The position numbers and the translations under genes were made by a program. A DNA stretch of 64,000 nt from IMG/VR virus record IMGVR_UViG_3300019872_000002, positions 13,186 through 77,185 of that record. One strand, 5' to 3'. The notes beneath the pieces were generated by a model, which was not told the origin of the DNA, searched no databases, and worked only from the letters and a program-made list of their open reading frames with translations. Position 1 is the stretch's first letter, and each line of letters opens with the position of its first letter. This stretch comes from a virus (taxonomy: Duplodnaviria; Caudoviricetes). Positions 39,920-50,430 of this stretch are shown here, in pieces.

Positions 39920-39951
39920 CAAAAGTATAAGCTTTTTATTTAATAACCAAA
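39920..39951 (-). promoter_or_regulatory. Bacteroidota-type promoter for scaffold-capsid unit
   Basis: TACTTTTG with TTTG 20 nt upstream. Confidence 0.65.
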
Positions 39952-42444
39952 TTAGGCCATTTGAGGCTGTTGTTGCTCTAACGGCATCTGACCTTGCTCT
40001 TGAGGATTTTGTTGCTGCTCAGGGCTTGGTTGTGGCTGTGATTGCTGAGGACTGACTATCTGTTGAACCTGTTGGTTGTTACTTGCTATTACATCTGGAG
40101 CTATGCTTACATTGCTAATCTCATCAGGTTTCTTTGGAGCTATCAAAGCAGACAACAACATTTCATTTTGTTTCAGTAAAGCAGCAAGTAACGTATTCTG
40201 ATTTGTAGCATCAGCTTTTGCAGCAAGAGCTTCCTGATCCATTTGACCTTTCATCTGAGCAGACTGTTGCTGTACCTGAGCATTAGCTTGTATATCGGCT
40301 TGTTTAGCTGCTTGTGCTGCTTGTTGTTTCTTAGCCTCAATCTGAGCCATCACGTACATAGCTTCATCAATATTACCAGCCATCACTTTACGATAAACAT
40401 AGAGGTACTCACTCATCGTTAATCCTTGTGAGCCGCCTGTCTGATCCCCTAATGCTTTTTGGTTAGTGATGTTTTGCATTAGATTTTGTTTTTCCTCCTG
40501 AGAAGCTGCAATCTCAATTTCTAAGTTGAAGTCCCAATTGTCAAAATCCTTACCGAGATTAAACACGGCCATGTTCTTGCTACCTAATAATGAGTAACTC
40601 ACTTTAACATCCTTGTCTTTGGAAACTATCTGCCATTTCTTAATGATATCATCAAATGCAGCTTTAAATACATAGTTGTACGCGTTGAAAGTAGGATACA
40701 ATGAAGCATTGGCTGCTTGGAAAGCTAGTTTTGTTTGACCCAGCCCTTGGTAAGCCGAAGTACCTCCTGCATCTGCACCGTTTTGCATACCTAATACTTC
40801 GCGAAGCTCATTTACTTTCTCTGCGATTTGATTACCATATACAGCCAGAATACCTGCTATTTTAGATACATCTATGTAATCAATAGGTTTCTGGCCTCCG
40901 GCCATATACAGCGGCTTACCATGCGTATCTAGCGCATTATAGTAAAGTATACCTCTCTCCTGTAGACCCTGTAAAATATCTTCTGGTTGCTGCAGAATCC
41001 CATTCAGAAATACATTCTCCAATAGATCTTTTTGAATAGCAAGTCCTGGGGCTGCAGGTATCGTAGCAAGGGCATTTCTTTGTTTGACAATCGCCATATC
41101 AATATCATCAACAATAGCTATTGCTCTTTCAACAAGAGAAGCATTTCCTGTTTTAGCAAAGAAGAAGTCTAACCTCGGAGTTTTGTTACCGTCCTCGCCA
41201 TAATACACAACATCTTTGCATATTCCATAGTCAAGAAACATATCAGTCCCAATAATCCAGCTTGAATAGTATTTACGGATTACATTTTTCTGAATCTTTT
41301 TGTCTCCGCTTTTCTCAGCCTTTTTATCGATGTTGTAGTTGTAAGGAACTGATTTGAATCTTACCTGACCTGTACCAGTTACATTTTTAATATTCGTTTC
41401 TATATCTGTACTGAGCCACTGAGAATCAAGTACCATGATTTTAACCCGGCTAATTGGGTCAACATCTATATTGGAGATATAGTTAGGATTTACGTTTGTT
41501 TTGTAGTAACCTCCATTGATAGCCGCTGTGTATTGGGGGTTCATCCATGAGAATGATTTAGCTAAGTACATCAAATCAACAGAGGTAAGGCTAGGATTTT
41601 CTTTCCTTATTTCAGCTATACTCATGATTCTTATTTCTGCAGCTCTGGTAATATCGTTGAAGTCGTTGTGTTCAGAATAAGGGATCAATGCACGGTCTAA
41701 AATAACTCTCCTAATTTTAGGAAGCATAGTTGATTTCTCAATGTATGTTTTCCATCCACATAAGCTAGTGACAATCAAATCATCAAATGTGGCATCCTGT
41801 AAAACTTTATAATTTGAAACCAACTTAGTCTTCTGGCAGGCAGCTTGACATGCTATCTCCCGGTGCATTGTATAGCCGCCAATCTCAAAGTATGTCTTCA
41901 CATCTTGAGCTGTACGTAGACCCATTTCCTCCGGGTTGATAGGTGTATTTGGAGTAAATCCCACCTGCCTCATGAAATTCTTGTTGTTTTCATCGATAAG
42001 GAACAGCAGCATTTCCTTATCGGCTTCTTTAGCTGCAATACTGTCGTCGTCGATACAAGTAACAGATACATCGTATTCCTGGCTCATGTTCTTCTCCCTC
42101 ATTACGTCAAACATTTGAGGAAGCTTATAGTAAGTATCAAATGAGATATTCATCTTAGTGATGAACTTACCGTCTCTATTTTTACGTTTAGCACCGATTA
42201 GATTTTCCTTTACCTTGTTGGATGATTGCTGTCCTGTTGCGTAAGCCCTGAGTTCTTGGAACGTTCTTTTTGAGCCAAACTCAAACGGCACATAACAATA
42301 GTTGTTCGCATAGTCTGAGAAAAACGCATTGTTGAATGCCAAAAAATAATCCTTTTCAAGCTTAAGTTTGGGGTCTATGTCTTGGGATGGATAAGGATTC
42401 TTGAATTGGCATTCAACATACTGATCTGGCTTAAGATATTTCAT
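39952..42444 (-). CDS. portal protein
   Basis: 831 aa downstream of terminase; crAss-like layout (LREVLG.Q.G.D, Q-rich tail). Confidence 0.75.
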   Translation of the reverse strand: MKYLKPDQYVECQFKNPYPSQDIDPKLKLEKDYFLAFNNAFFSDYANNYCYVPFEFGSKRTFQELRAYATGQQSSNKVKENLIGAKRKNRDGKFITKMNISFDTYYKLPQMFDVMREKNMSQEYDVSVTCIDDDSIAAKEADKEMLLFLIDENNKNFMRQVGFTPNTPINPEEMGLRTAQDVKTYFEIGGYTMHREIACQAACQKTKLVSNYKVLQDATFDDLIVTSLCGWKTYIEKSTMLPKIRRVILDRALIPYSEHNDFNDITRAAEIRIMSIAEIRKENPSLTSVDLMYLAKSFSWMNPQYTAAINGGYYKTNVNPNYISNIDVDPISRVKIMVLDSQWLSTDIETNIKNVTGTGQVRFKSVPYNYNIDKKAEKSGDKKIQKNVIRKYYSSWIIGTDMFLDYGICKDVVYYGEDGNKTPRLDFFFAKTGNASLVERAIAIVDDIDMAIVKQRNALATIPAAPGLAIQKDLLENVFLNGILQQPEDILQGLQERGILYYNALDTHGKPLYMAGGQKPIDYIDVSKIAGILAVYGNQIAEKVNELREVLGMQNGADAGGTSAYQGLGQTKLAFQAANASLYPTFNAYNYVFKAAFDDIIKKWQIVSKDKDVKVSYSLLGSKNMAVFNLGKDFDNWDFNLEIEIAASQEEKQNLMQNITNQKALGDQTGGSQGLTMSEYLYVYRKVMAGNIDEAMYVMAQIEAKKQQAAQAAKQADIQANAQVQQQSAQMKGQMDQEALAAKADATNQNTLLAALLKQNEMLLSALIAPKKPDEISNVSIAPDVIASNNQQVQQIVSPQQSQPQPSPEQQQNPQEQGQMPLEQQQPQMA

Positions 42445-42489
42445 ATTCAACTAAAGTTTAGTCAAATATCATTAATTTTTATTTAAAAC

Positions 42490-43854
42490 CTATTTGTGAC
42501 GAAAGAAGGATGTATTGTTCCTGATGTCGTATTTTTTAAATTCAGTGTTTATTTTGGAACCATGTCTAAGTTTTTTACCAAAATCAGTATAAGCAATATA
42601 ATTGAAAATAGGCATGTCTGTATAAACATTACTTTCTTTATGATCACTATACCATTCTGCCATTAACATAGCGAAATGTTCCACTATTGACGCTTTTCCT
42701 CCCACTATTCCCGCATTTAATAACGTTTTGTTTTTATATCGTTCATAAAAGGAATGATAGCTTGGGTCAATAATATCATTGTTATGATTTTCTTTAAGCC
42801 ATTTGCATCCTACTATTTGCTTTTCATCCCCTACATATAGATAATCACTCAAATCACATAAAAATGGGTTATTTAGCATCACTACGTCTGTTGAGTCAAC
42901 CATAAACACCTGATCGTATCTGTTTTCACTCAAAAAGTAGTATAAGCTGATCCATCGTTGAAAATACGGATTATGATTAGATTTCACTTTTACATATTCA
43001 ACTTCCTTTGTGTTATCTATATCAAAACAATCATTAATAATAATCAACTTTTGTCCCTTCATCGATTTTATTAATTTTTCAAGCTTAGTATGGTCTGCCT
43101 CCCAATTACTTTCCAGTTGAGGATCTTTAATCCCGGTGAAGAATGTAGTTATTATAGCCGTTCTTAATGGCTTATATGGATAATATTTCTTGCTCTTTTT
43201 GTTTTCAGCCAGTAGCCTGTCATTTATTTTTATTCTAGCTCTTTTAGCTTTAACTGTACTCACAACCTCCTTAGCCCAATCCATACTGTGAAATAAATCC
43301 GAACTGTTATATATATCTTGGTATGGATGCTCCGTCAATCCTGCGTTATAAGTCCTATTGGAGAAGTCAACATGCTCGTGTGAATATTTTCCGTATCTAA
43401 CATCGAATCCCCCTATTACATCTAATACTCTACTTCGTATGTACAGCATGCACCCACATGGGTGAGAATACCTTGCTATACCAGAAACTACATTGATTAA
43501 TTTATGTCCATTGTATTCCCCTGATTTAAGCTGATCGAAGGTGAACATTAAGTGATTGATACCTGATTCAATATAAGGCGTATACCAGTCCTCAGCAATA
43601 GGATATATATCATCATCAGATAGAAATATATGCTCGCAATCGTCCAGTAACTCTAAACATTTATTTTTTACAACAGCTATACCGGCATTTTTTTCAAATC
43701 TATAATGTGAATCTGGAATAGGAGTATCACTGGCATCGTCAACAATTACCAGTTTACTATTTTCCGGCATTTTTGATTTCCATTTGTGTATGGTAGGTAA
43801 CGCAACTTCATTCCTATTGTGGCAACTTATTGCTACTCCTATTTTATACTGCAT
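42490..43854 (-). CDS. two-domain glycosyltransferase (GT2-like plus second GT-A-like domain)
   Basis: N-domain IVDDASD, NAGIAVVKN, LSDDDIY, GGFD..YGKY..EH.DF; C-domain VDSTDV, LLNAGIVGG, DMPIFN. Confidence 0.8.
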   Translation of the reverse strand: MQYKIGVAISCHNRNEVALPTIHKWKSKMPENSKLVIVDDASDTPIPDSHYRFEKNAGIAVVKNKCLELLDDCEHIFLSDDDIYPIAEDWYTPYIESGINHLMFTFDQLKSGEYNGHKLINVVSGIARYSHPCGCMLYIRSRVLDVIGGFDVRYGKYSHEHVDFSNRTYNAGLTEHPYQDIYNSSDLFHSMDWAKEVVSTVKAKRARIKINDRLLAENKKSKKYYPYKPLRTAIITTFFTGIKDPQLESNWEADHTKLEKLIKSMKGQKLIIINDCFDIDNTKEVEYVKVKSNHNPYFQRWISLYYFLSENRYDQVFMVDSTDVVMLNNPFLCDLSDYLYVGDEKQIVGCKWLKENHNNDIIDPSYHSFYERYKNKTLLNAGIVGGKASIVEHFAMLMAEWYSDHKESNVYTDMPIFNYIAYTDFGKKLRHGSKINTEFKKYDIRNNTSFFRHK

Positions 43855-46024
43855 ATTCTTGATGATGTACAATGGTTGATTGAGCTTGCGCTTTATATGT
43901 TGATCGTGGTTGATTAGCTGCAAACTCACACCAGCCTGTACTTACACCTAAATCTTTCTTACCCCTATTAGCCCAATTCATACTTAAAAGCTGTTCTAAT
44001 ACTCTTGGATGATCTATAGTCCCAGCCCATTTAGCTGATAATGTCGTGAGGAAACTAAAATAAGTGTCTATGTTCCCTATTGTCGCACTTACCCCTTCTT
44101 TTTCCTGTTGCCCTTTAGAATTTCTCTTATCAGTTGGCTTGTCCATAAGATATAACTCATATCCCCTCATCTTTAAATAACTATGACACGCCCCAAATCT
44201 ATCTTTCTCCGGTAGAAAATCAGTACCATAATATACCATTGTCAAGATTACATCTTCAAAAAAATCATTAGGATCATTCTCTCTGTTTAAGTAATCACAA
44301 ACAATTCTGTTAGTAATGAAATTTGCCCCTCCATCTACAGGGTCACCTATCCTCCATTTTCCATCTGGATCATTGGATTGATAATAATTTACTTCACTAC
44401 CATCTATGTACTCATCAAGCATTCTTTTTACTGTTATAGCACCCTGAGAAGGATCAGATTCTAATGTTGACTGTTGTTCATAAGGATCTAATCCAGATTT
44501 AAAATAGTTAACGTTCCCTGGTTTATGGGCAATAACGCCTTTCACCTTACAATTAGCCTCTAATCCGAAATCACTTGGATGTTTTGATATCATCCATTTA
44601 CCATTAGAATTTGGTTCCCATATCACTTGAGTGTCCCTTTTTTCGTCCATCCACTTCAGATTACCTCTTACACATAAGCTTTTTGGCGCATCATGAAGAA
44701 CATACTGTTGTCTTCTAGCCAACTTCTCTATATCAAATTGGCTTCCCTCATTAGTGTTTTGGAATACATCCTCTATGGTCTCAGCGTTCATACGCATATA
44801 TTCAATCTTTCCCTTGATATCTCCTTGTTGAATACGCATGGCAATCTCACTTCTATTTCTCTCTTTAGCCTCCTCACTTTTAGGGAATCCCCATTTATCT
44901 ATAGGAGCGGCATCTAAACTTCCCCTAAATATCCTATATAGTCCTGTAAGAGTTTCTCCATTACTCTTTCTGTTTGCAGGATCACTCTGCGCCCACATTT
45001 GTTTAGCCACCCTTAATGTTTCTCCACCTTTAAGCTCCTCTACGGTCGAAGTAAACAATGCTTTACCTAGTATTTCATTTGTGATCTTATTATACATTGC
45101 TTGCTTAACAACTCCCCAAGCATACAATGGATTCATCTGTTCCATTTTACCCCATTCGTCCATATAATATCTCCCAAATGTTCCTGTACCAAAAACATGT
45201 GGTTTAGTAGCCCCGTAAACTATAGAGCTATCCAGCGGTGGGTATTCATAATCCTCATTTATAATTGCAGCTGCACCATGCTCAATTTGATTCTTCATCA
45301 TCTTCTCTTTGGATAGAGTTTCTCTTTGATAATCAAAAAATAACCCATCCTTAGGGTCAACACTTCCTCTATTTGTAGCCCTCATGAAAAACACCATTTC
45401 GTTATGAGCATGAAGAATTCTTTTGTATGCATTTTCATAAATATCAGTCTCGTTTATCGACTGCATTGGGCACTTAACCTTCTGAACCCTAGTTGCATAC
45501 TCATATAAGCAGCATATTGCCTTTTCTGTCTCGCCTACTTGGCGACATTTAGCTATAAGCAATCCGTAACACTTGGGATCATGTACAGCCAAAAACCACA
45601 TTATAAAAAAATCTAAATCAAGCTTTCTAAACATCATTTTACTTGCCGATGTTGATGACCAGTAATTCAAAAAAAAATAGAACACACCTGTTATATAATA
45701 TTTCTTACCTTTAATAAACATCCATATACCGTTAGTCCTTCTTGAGTATTCTCCATCTATAAAAGCATCCCTTTCTTTTATAGGCCATTTTTTTAAATCA
45801 GGAGGTATATATGTATAGCGAAAAACCTGCCTTTCTATGGGCAGGTCATGATTTAAAATAAGTTCATCTATAGGTGGTTCTGGCAGAATGGCTTCATACC
45901 CATAGACAGGATATATTGGAGACATATTTGTGAACTTCATTTCGTAATTAGGCAATCCATACAAATCAATTGTATTTTCTGTTTTTATTATATTATCCCA
46001 TTTACTTTTATTCTCTATCCTCAT
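43844..46024 (-). CDS. terL: terminase large subunit
   Basis: KCRQVGET (Walker A variant), YYMDEWGK (Walker B), GLDPYE nuclease motif. Confidence 0.85.
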   Translation of the reverse strand: MRIENKSKWDNIIKTENTIDLYGLPNYEMKFTNMSPIYPVYGYEAILPEPPIDELILNHDLPIERQVFRYTYIPPDLKKWPIKERDAFIDGEYSRRTNGIWMFIKGKKYYITGVFYFFLNYWSSTSASKMMFRKLDLDFFIMWFLAVHDPKCYGLLIAKCRQVGETEKAICCLYEYATRVQKVKCPMQSINETDIYENAYKRILHAHNEMVFFMRATNRGSVDPKDGLFFDYQRETLSKEKMMKNQIEHGAAAIINEDYEYPPLDSSIVYGATKPHVFGTGTFGRYYMDEWGKMEQMNPLYAWGVVKQAMYNKITNEILGKALFTSTVEELKGGETLRVAKQMWAQSDPANRKSNGETLTGLYRIFRGSLDAAPIDKWGFPKSEEAKERNRSEIAMRIQQGDIKGKIEYMRMNAETIEDVFQNTNEGSQFDIEKLARRQQYVLHDAPKSLCVRGNLKWMDEKRDTQVIWEPNSNGKWMISKHPSDFGLEANCKVKGVIAHKPGNVNYFKSGLDPYEQQSTLESDPSQGAITVKRMLDEYIDGSEVNYYQSNDPDGKWRIGDPVDGGANFITNRIVCDYLNRENDPNDFFEDVILTMVYYGTDFLPEKDRFGACHSYLKMRGYELYLMDKPTDKRNSKGQQEKEGVSATIGNIDTYFSFLTTLSAKWAGTIDHPRVLEQLLSMNWANRGKKDLGVSTGWCEFAANQPRSTYKAQAQSTIVHHQEYAV

Positions 46025-46902
46025 AATGGTAAATGAATTTGTGTAGGTAAAATTTTATTATTCTTTTTTAGATTATCCAGCTTCCATAAAGGTTGTAAAT
46101 TACGATAATGACAAAGATGTTTTACTTCTTCCACATTTTTTGCAGAATGTATTGGTATTTTATGGTCTATATGTATTTCTGAACCTATTTTTTCCCAAGA
46201 CATTCCTTCTGTAAACTGCCTCTCAATATGAGCTTTTGCTGTTTTAAAGTCACATCCTAATATTTCAAATGATTTACCTGTTTTTCCCCATCCCTTTGAC
46301 TGAAATGCCCTATAAACCCCTGATCTAAGTAATTCTTTAAATCTATGTAATGGATCAGATTCCCTTCTTTGTTTGGAAATCTCCCTCCGCCTCTCTTTGT
46401 AATCTTGAAGATATTCTTTTCTCCTTCTTGAATTTTCAGGATCTAAGCTGTATTCCTTTGATTTTTTGTTTAACCTTTCCTTATTTTCCTTTTGCCACTT
46501 TTGCTTATATAATCGCTGTTGTTCTCTGACCTCTGATTTTTCTCTTTGTTTTTTGGAGTAAATTCGTTTTTTTTCCATAGACTCAGGATTTACTTTACCT
46601 TCTCTACGTCTTTGCTTTGCTTTTTCTTTTAAAACCTCTTTATTTTTATCATATAATTCTTTGAATATGTTTGGGTTTTTAGATTTTTTATTCTCATAAC
46701 TCTTCTTGGTTATTGCTTTAACTTTATCTGGATTATGATCTCTCCAATTTTTTGCTCTAGCATTTGCTTCTTCCCTCGTTGGCTTCTTTAAATGTTTTTT
46801 ATGACACTCTTTGCAATCTGACTTACATCCGTCTGCCACTCTATTTTCTTTATAATAATCTTCTTTTGGTTTAGCTATACCGCATTTTGAACATACTCTC
46901 AT
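46021..46902 (-). CDS. HNH endonuclease with N-terminal Zn finger and basic linker
   Basis: CSKC..CKEC; IHIDHKIP...CHYRNLQPLW..DNLKK. Confidence 0.8.
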   Translation of the reverse strand: MRVCSKCGIAKPKEDYYKENRVADGCKSDCKECHKKHLKKPTREEANARAKNWRDHNPDKVKAITKKSYENKKSKNPNIFKELYDKNKEVLKEKAKQRRREGKVNPESMEKKRIYSKKQREKSEVREQQRLYKQKWQKENKERLNKKSKEYSLDPENSRRRKEYLQDYKERRREISKQRRESDPLHRFKELLRSGVYRAFQSKGWGKTGKSFEILGCDFKTAKAHIERQFTEGMSWEKIGSEIHIDHKIPIHSAKNVEEVKHLCHYRNLQPLWKLDNLKKNNKILPTQIHLPL

Positions 46903-47504
46903 ATAACCTGTCTTTTTACTGAATACTTTTCAGGGTAACTAATGATACGTTTTGACTCAACTAAAGCTGCTTCCCTAGCACTTTTAGAATCAGGGAATAT
47001 GATAGCCTCAAGCTCTTTCAAATCTCTTCCTACAGCCCTTAAATCCTGTTTAATTTTAACTCTTTTTTTTAGATAAGCATCATCAGTCTCCCCCTCTTTT
47101 TGTGGTTTAACGGACTCAAATGTTAGGAATGTAAAAGTGTCATTTGCCGTAACCCATTCAGTCCAATCAGTATTATGAAGCATTTGTAAGTACCTGGCCT
47201 TACACATAGCTACTCTTTCATGTTTGTAATAGAAAACTTCTATAAAGAAGTCTTTTTGTTCGGGTGTTTTAACGGGTATATCTAAAAAATCAAATAGAGA
47301 AGTTAGCATAGCCTCCCTATCGTTTATTTTAATCATAGGACTTTCAACATCACTTATAGCTATTGCAATTTTTATCTCGTTATCATCGGTAATTAATTTA
47401 AATTCTGGAAATGCTGACAATTCCGGGAATTTATTAAGCATAGATTCTTCTTTACTACATTTAGTAAAATCTATAAGACATTTGCTAAAATCAAAATTAT
47501 ACAT
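46899..47504 (-). CDS. hypothetical protein (possible terminase small subunit)
   Basis: Helical 201-aa ORF upstream of HNH-terL; position only. Confidence 0.45.
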   Translation of the reverse strand: MYNFDFSKCLIDFTKCSKEESMLNKFPELSAFPEFKLITDDNEIKIAIAISDVESPMIKINDREAMLTSLFDFLDIPVKTPEQKDFFIEVFYYKHERVAMCKARYLQMLHNTDWTEWVTANDTFTFLTFESVKPQKEGETDDAYLKKRVKIKQDLRAVGRDLKELEAIIFPDSKSAREAALVESKRIISYPEKYSVKRQVI

Positions 47505-48402
47505 TTACCAATCTCCTTTTCTCCAAGCTTAGTTGCTTAAAATCGAATCCCTCTTCGCAGATGAAGTGAATATCTTTCCGTTGAATGAGATGTAGTATTT
47601 TGTCGCTGATGATTTGATGGGTTTCAAATTCAAGTTTTTGGCATAACCTGGGATCATAAACTATTTTTTCATTCAGATTTAACACCTGCGTACAATCTGT
47701 TTTTTCTTTGTGCTGGAGATATCCCCTGCATCTTGTTCCTGCCAGTAATATTTTACCGATCTGATTTTTCTTTGTCTTCTTTAATTTAAACTTTGGAGCG
47801 ATTGTTACCAATCCTGATGAATGCTCTATAAATTCCTTACCGTCTTCTCTGAGGATATCAATTTCTTCCGGTTCAACCAATAGATATCCGTTAAGCATTT
47901 TCTTTGGCTTATTTTCTTCCCCCAATACCATCTGAAGCATGTCGTATTTAATGAGGTACATTTCACCAAAATCAGTTTCGACAACCATACGTTCGTCTTT
48001 AGCTTTTTTATGAGCTAAGTAAGTAAACATAACCCTGTCTCCCTTCTCAACTTCCATGTCTACATCATAAAGCACTGAGTCCGCTGTCTCCTGAGCTATA
48101 TGCCTATGAATGCTGATATTTATTGGCACTGCTGTTCCATCTATAATAGCGAAACATGAGTTCTTTTTTAAGCTATCTATCTCTGTCAGGTTAAATCTTA
48201 AAGAATCAGGCACTGAGTATACGGTTCCCATTACGCTTAAATTACGCTCTTTTATGGAAATCTTCTCTCCTTTTTCGTATTTAAAGTCAGGAGCAATAAG
48301 TCCAAGCTCTTTTCCAGCGATTTGATAGGTTTCTACTTGCGGATCAGGAAGGACAAGGACGAAGTTGCTCATGCACTTAAACGTTTTCAAATTTATTTTC
48401 AT
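47497..48402 (-). CDS. GroES-like co-chaperonin with two tandem domains
   Basis: NFVLVLPD...VEKGDRVMF and NGYLLVEPE..SSGLVTI..GKILLAG..KIVY. Confidence 0.65.
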   Translation of the reverse strand: MKINLKTFKCMSNFVLVLPDPQVETYQIAGKELGLIAPDFKYEKGEKISIKERNLSVMGTVYSVPDSLRFNLTEIDSLKKNSCFAIIDGTAVPINISIHRHIAQETADSVLYDVDMEVEKGDRVMFTYLAHKKAKDERMVVETDFGEMYLIKYDMLQMVLGEENKPKKMLNGYLLVEPEEIDILREDGKEFIEHSSGLVTIAPKFKLKKTKKNQIGKILLAGTRCRGYLQHKEKTDCTQVLNLNEKIVYDPRLCQKLEFETHQIISDKILHLIQRKDIHFICEEGFDFKQLSLEKRRLVNV

Positions 48403-48695
48403 CGTACAGCTACTCCTTTCAATTCTCTTAATGTAAATCCTTCCGGGTGAACATCATAAATTTTTCCGTCTTCAAAAAATAAAGCATGGACAAATATTTT
48501 GTCTATTTTAATCACCCGGCTTTTTATTTTTGATTTGAAAATCTTAGAATAAACTTCTTTCTTTTCAACTTTGGTATAATTCTCCAATTCATCTTCATAA
48601 ACCTCAAAAGTAACAGGGACAATTAGCCCACCTTCTGATCTTGTAAAACTTTTAGCCTTGTTCCTCATAACTGCTTGGTCTTCCATATAATTCAT
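48399..48695 (-). CDS. hypothetical protein
   Basis: 98-aa ORF. Confidence 0.55.
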   Translation of the reverse strand: MNYMEDQAVMRNKAKSFTRSEGGLIVPVTFEVYEDELENYTKVEKKEVYSKIFKSKIKSRVIKIDKIFVHALFFEDGKIYDVHPEGFTLRELKGVAVR

Positions 48696-49368
48696 TTAAT
48701 AATTTAATCATGTCAGTATTCATAACTCCATCTGCTGTACTAAAAAACTTTTTGTTCTTTAGCCTTTCTTTTAGCTGATGGTATTTCATTGGCACATGTA
48801 TCTTGTAATCGCCTCCATATTCTCCTGGTACTCCATTAATATTGCAATAAATACTTTTTATCACGTATCCGAATGGAACTTCCCAATTCATACACACAAA
48901 TGTAGCAGAAAATTTGCGCTTGTTGTAGATGATCGGAAAATGGGTATCGTAGTCCAGTGTGGGCTTGCCTTGTGATAGCAAATACTTCCGGCTATGATTA
49001 AGCGAACGTCTATAGTCAACGTTCGCCTTTTTCATCGTATCCATCAGCTCACCTTTGTGCAAATAGGGAATTGTTTCAAGTTCCTCAAGAAGATAGTGGT
49101 CATCATTCATGAAGATAAAGTTCTCTGATACCCGGTCATCATTGCAAGCAGCAAGTATCTTTCGATATATATTCCTCTCCTTCCATTCTTTTCCTTTTTC
49201 ATCTTTGCAATGGATGTATTTTAAGCCTTGTAACGAGTTTATTTTTTCTCCACATATAAACACTTCACTTTCAAGTTTTAATTTATCTTGCAAGCTCCTA
49301 AGTGCGTATACCAGCTCTGTATTACCATACTTTGATTCTGACTTTATTGGAATAACTACTGAGATCAT
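48652..49368 (-). CDS. Stealth-like sugar-phosphotransferase / GT-A protein
   Basis: ELVYALRSL, VSENFIFMNDDHY, THFPIIYNK resemble Stealth CR2 (ELRYSLRS..FIYFNDD..HxP). Confidence 0.6.
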   Translation of the reverse strand: MISVVIPIKSESKYGNTELVYALRSLQDKLKLESEVFICGEKINSLQGLKYIHCKDEKGKEWKERNIYRKILAACNDDRVSENFIFMNDDHYLLEELETIPYLHKGELMDTMKKANVDYRRSLNHSRKYLLSQGKPTLDYDTHFPIIYNKRKFSATFVCMNWEVPFGYVIKSIYCNINGVPGEYGGDYKIHVPMKYHQLKERLKNKKFFSTADGVMNTDMIKLLNELYGRPSSYEEQG

Positions 49369-49372
49369 GATT

Positions 49373-50083
49373 TTAGAATAATACTTGTTGAATATTGTTA
49401 TAGTGTGTTGGTTCATTTGTCCATATTCCTTCTGTGGTTTTATTTAAGCTACCATGACAAATACCTATAGGCACAAAGTTCATCCATGTTGCTTTCATAT
49501 TCTCACATACTATTACTTGTCCTTCTCTGGATTTGCACCAATTAGCTAAAGATATAAAATCTATTTTTTTGTTATTCATCACATATGACTGTCCTCCATA
49601 TTGGTATGGAGGGTCAATAAAGTGAGTTGCAATTTTATTCTCGAGCTCGAGATAATCTGTGCAGACAAATTTCCAATGTTTTATTTTCCATATATTTTCA
49701 GCTATCCTCTGTAAATTGAATTTTATATGATTATGTCTATCTGTAGTTTTTCTGTATCCGGCCGTAAGGCGAGGACGTTCAGCACCACACCCAATTATAA
49801 AACCAAATAAATCTTTAGCTTCTTGACAATCAAATTTTATGTCCTTCAATAAATCTCCATGCTTAAGTTTATGTGGCATTTTCATTATATCATTTGAAGA
49901 GCAGCTTTGTAACCATTTCCAAATATTTATAATTACCGGATACTTATCTACTAAAATTACCTCCTTTTCAAAATATTTTAAAGAATATCTAGCAGTGCCG
50001 GCAAATGGTTCTATAATTAAGTCATGTTTAGGCTTAGGATATAAGTCAACTAGATTTGTTTTTGCTCCATAATAACTCCACAT
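49373..50083 (-). CDS. DNA adenine methyltransferase (Dam/D12-like)
   Basis: YYGAK...IEPFAG (motif I) and FIDPPY (motif IV). Confidence 0.85.
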   Translation of the reverse strand: MWSYYGAKTNLVDLYPKPKHDLIIEPFAGTARYSLKYFEKEVILVDKYPVIINIWKWLQSCSSNDIMKMPHKLKHGDLLKDIKFDCQEAKDLFGFIIGCGAERPRLTAGYRKTTDRHNHIKFNLQRIAENIWKIKHWKFVCTDYLELENKIATHFIDPPYQYGGQSYVMNNKKIDFISLANWCKSREGQVIVCENMKATWMNFVPIGICHGSLNKTTEGIWTNEPTHYNNIQQVLF

Positions 50084-50085
50084 GC

Positions 50086-50430
50086 TTATTGTCTCCTTTT
50101 AATCTGTTTGTTTGCTGGGGTGAATACCGGGGGAGGAAGATAACTGTAGTCTATGTTTAATTCTTCTGAACTATAGCACTCTATCTTGTAGCTTATTCCT
50201 CCTGGATTATTTAATGTTTGTATAAACTTTGAAAATGGAATTACTTTTTTGAATTTTGTATAGTCATCACTGAATAGGAAATCATCAAAATTATCTATCC
50301 TTTTCTTTAGCATCACGTAGAATTTATACAAATCTTCTCTGTCATGCCGAATAGTGTAATAAGTGTTGAAATCCAAAGAACATAGCTTATTAAACATTTC
50401 CTTTTCATACTCATCATACACGCCTTTCAT
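50086..50430 (-). CDS. hypothetical protein
   Basis: 114-aa ORF. Confidence 0.6.
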   Translation of the reverse strand: MKGVYDEYEKEMFNKLCSLDFNTYYTIRHDREDLYKFYVMLKKRIDNFDDFLFSDDYTKFKKVIPFSKFIQTLNNPGGISYKIECYSSEELNIDYSYLPPPVFTPANKQIKRRQ

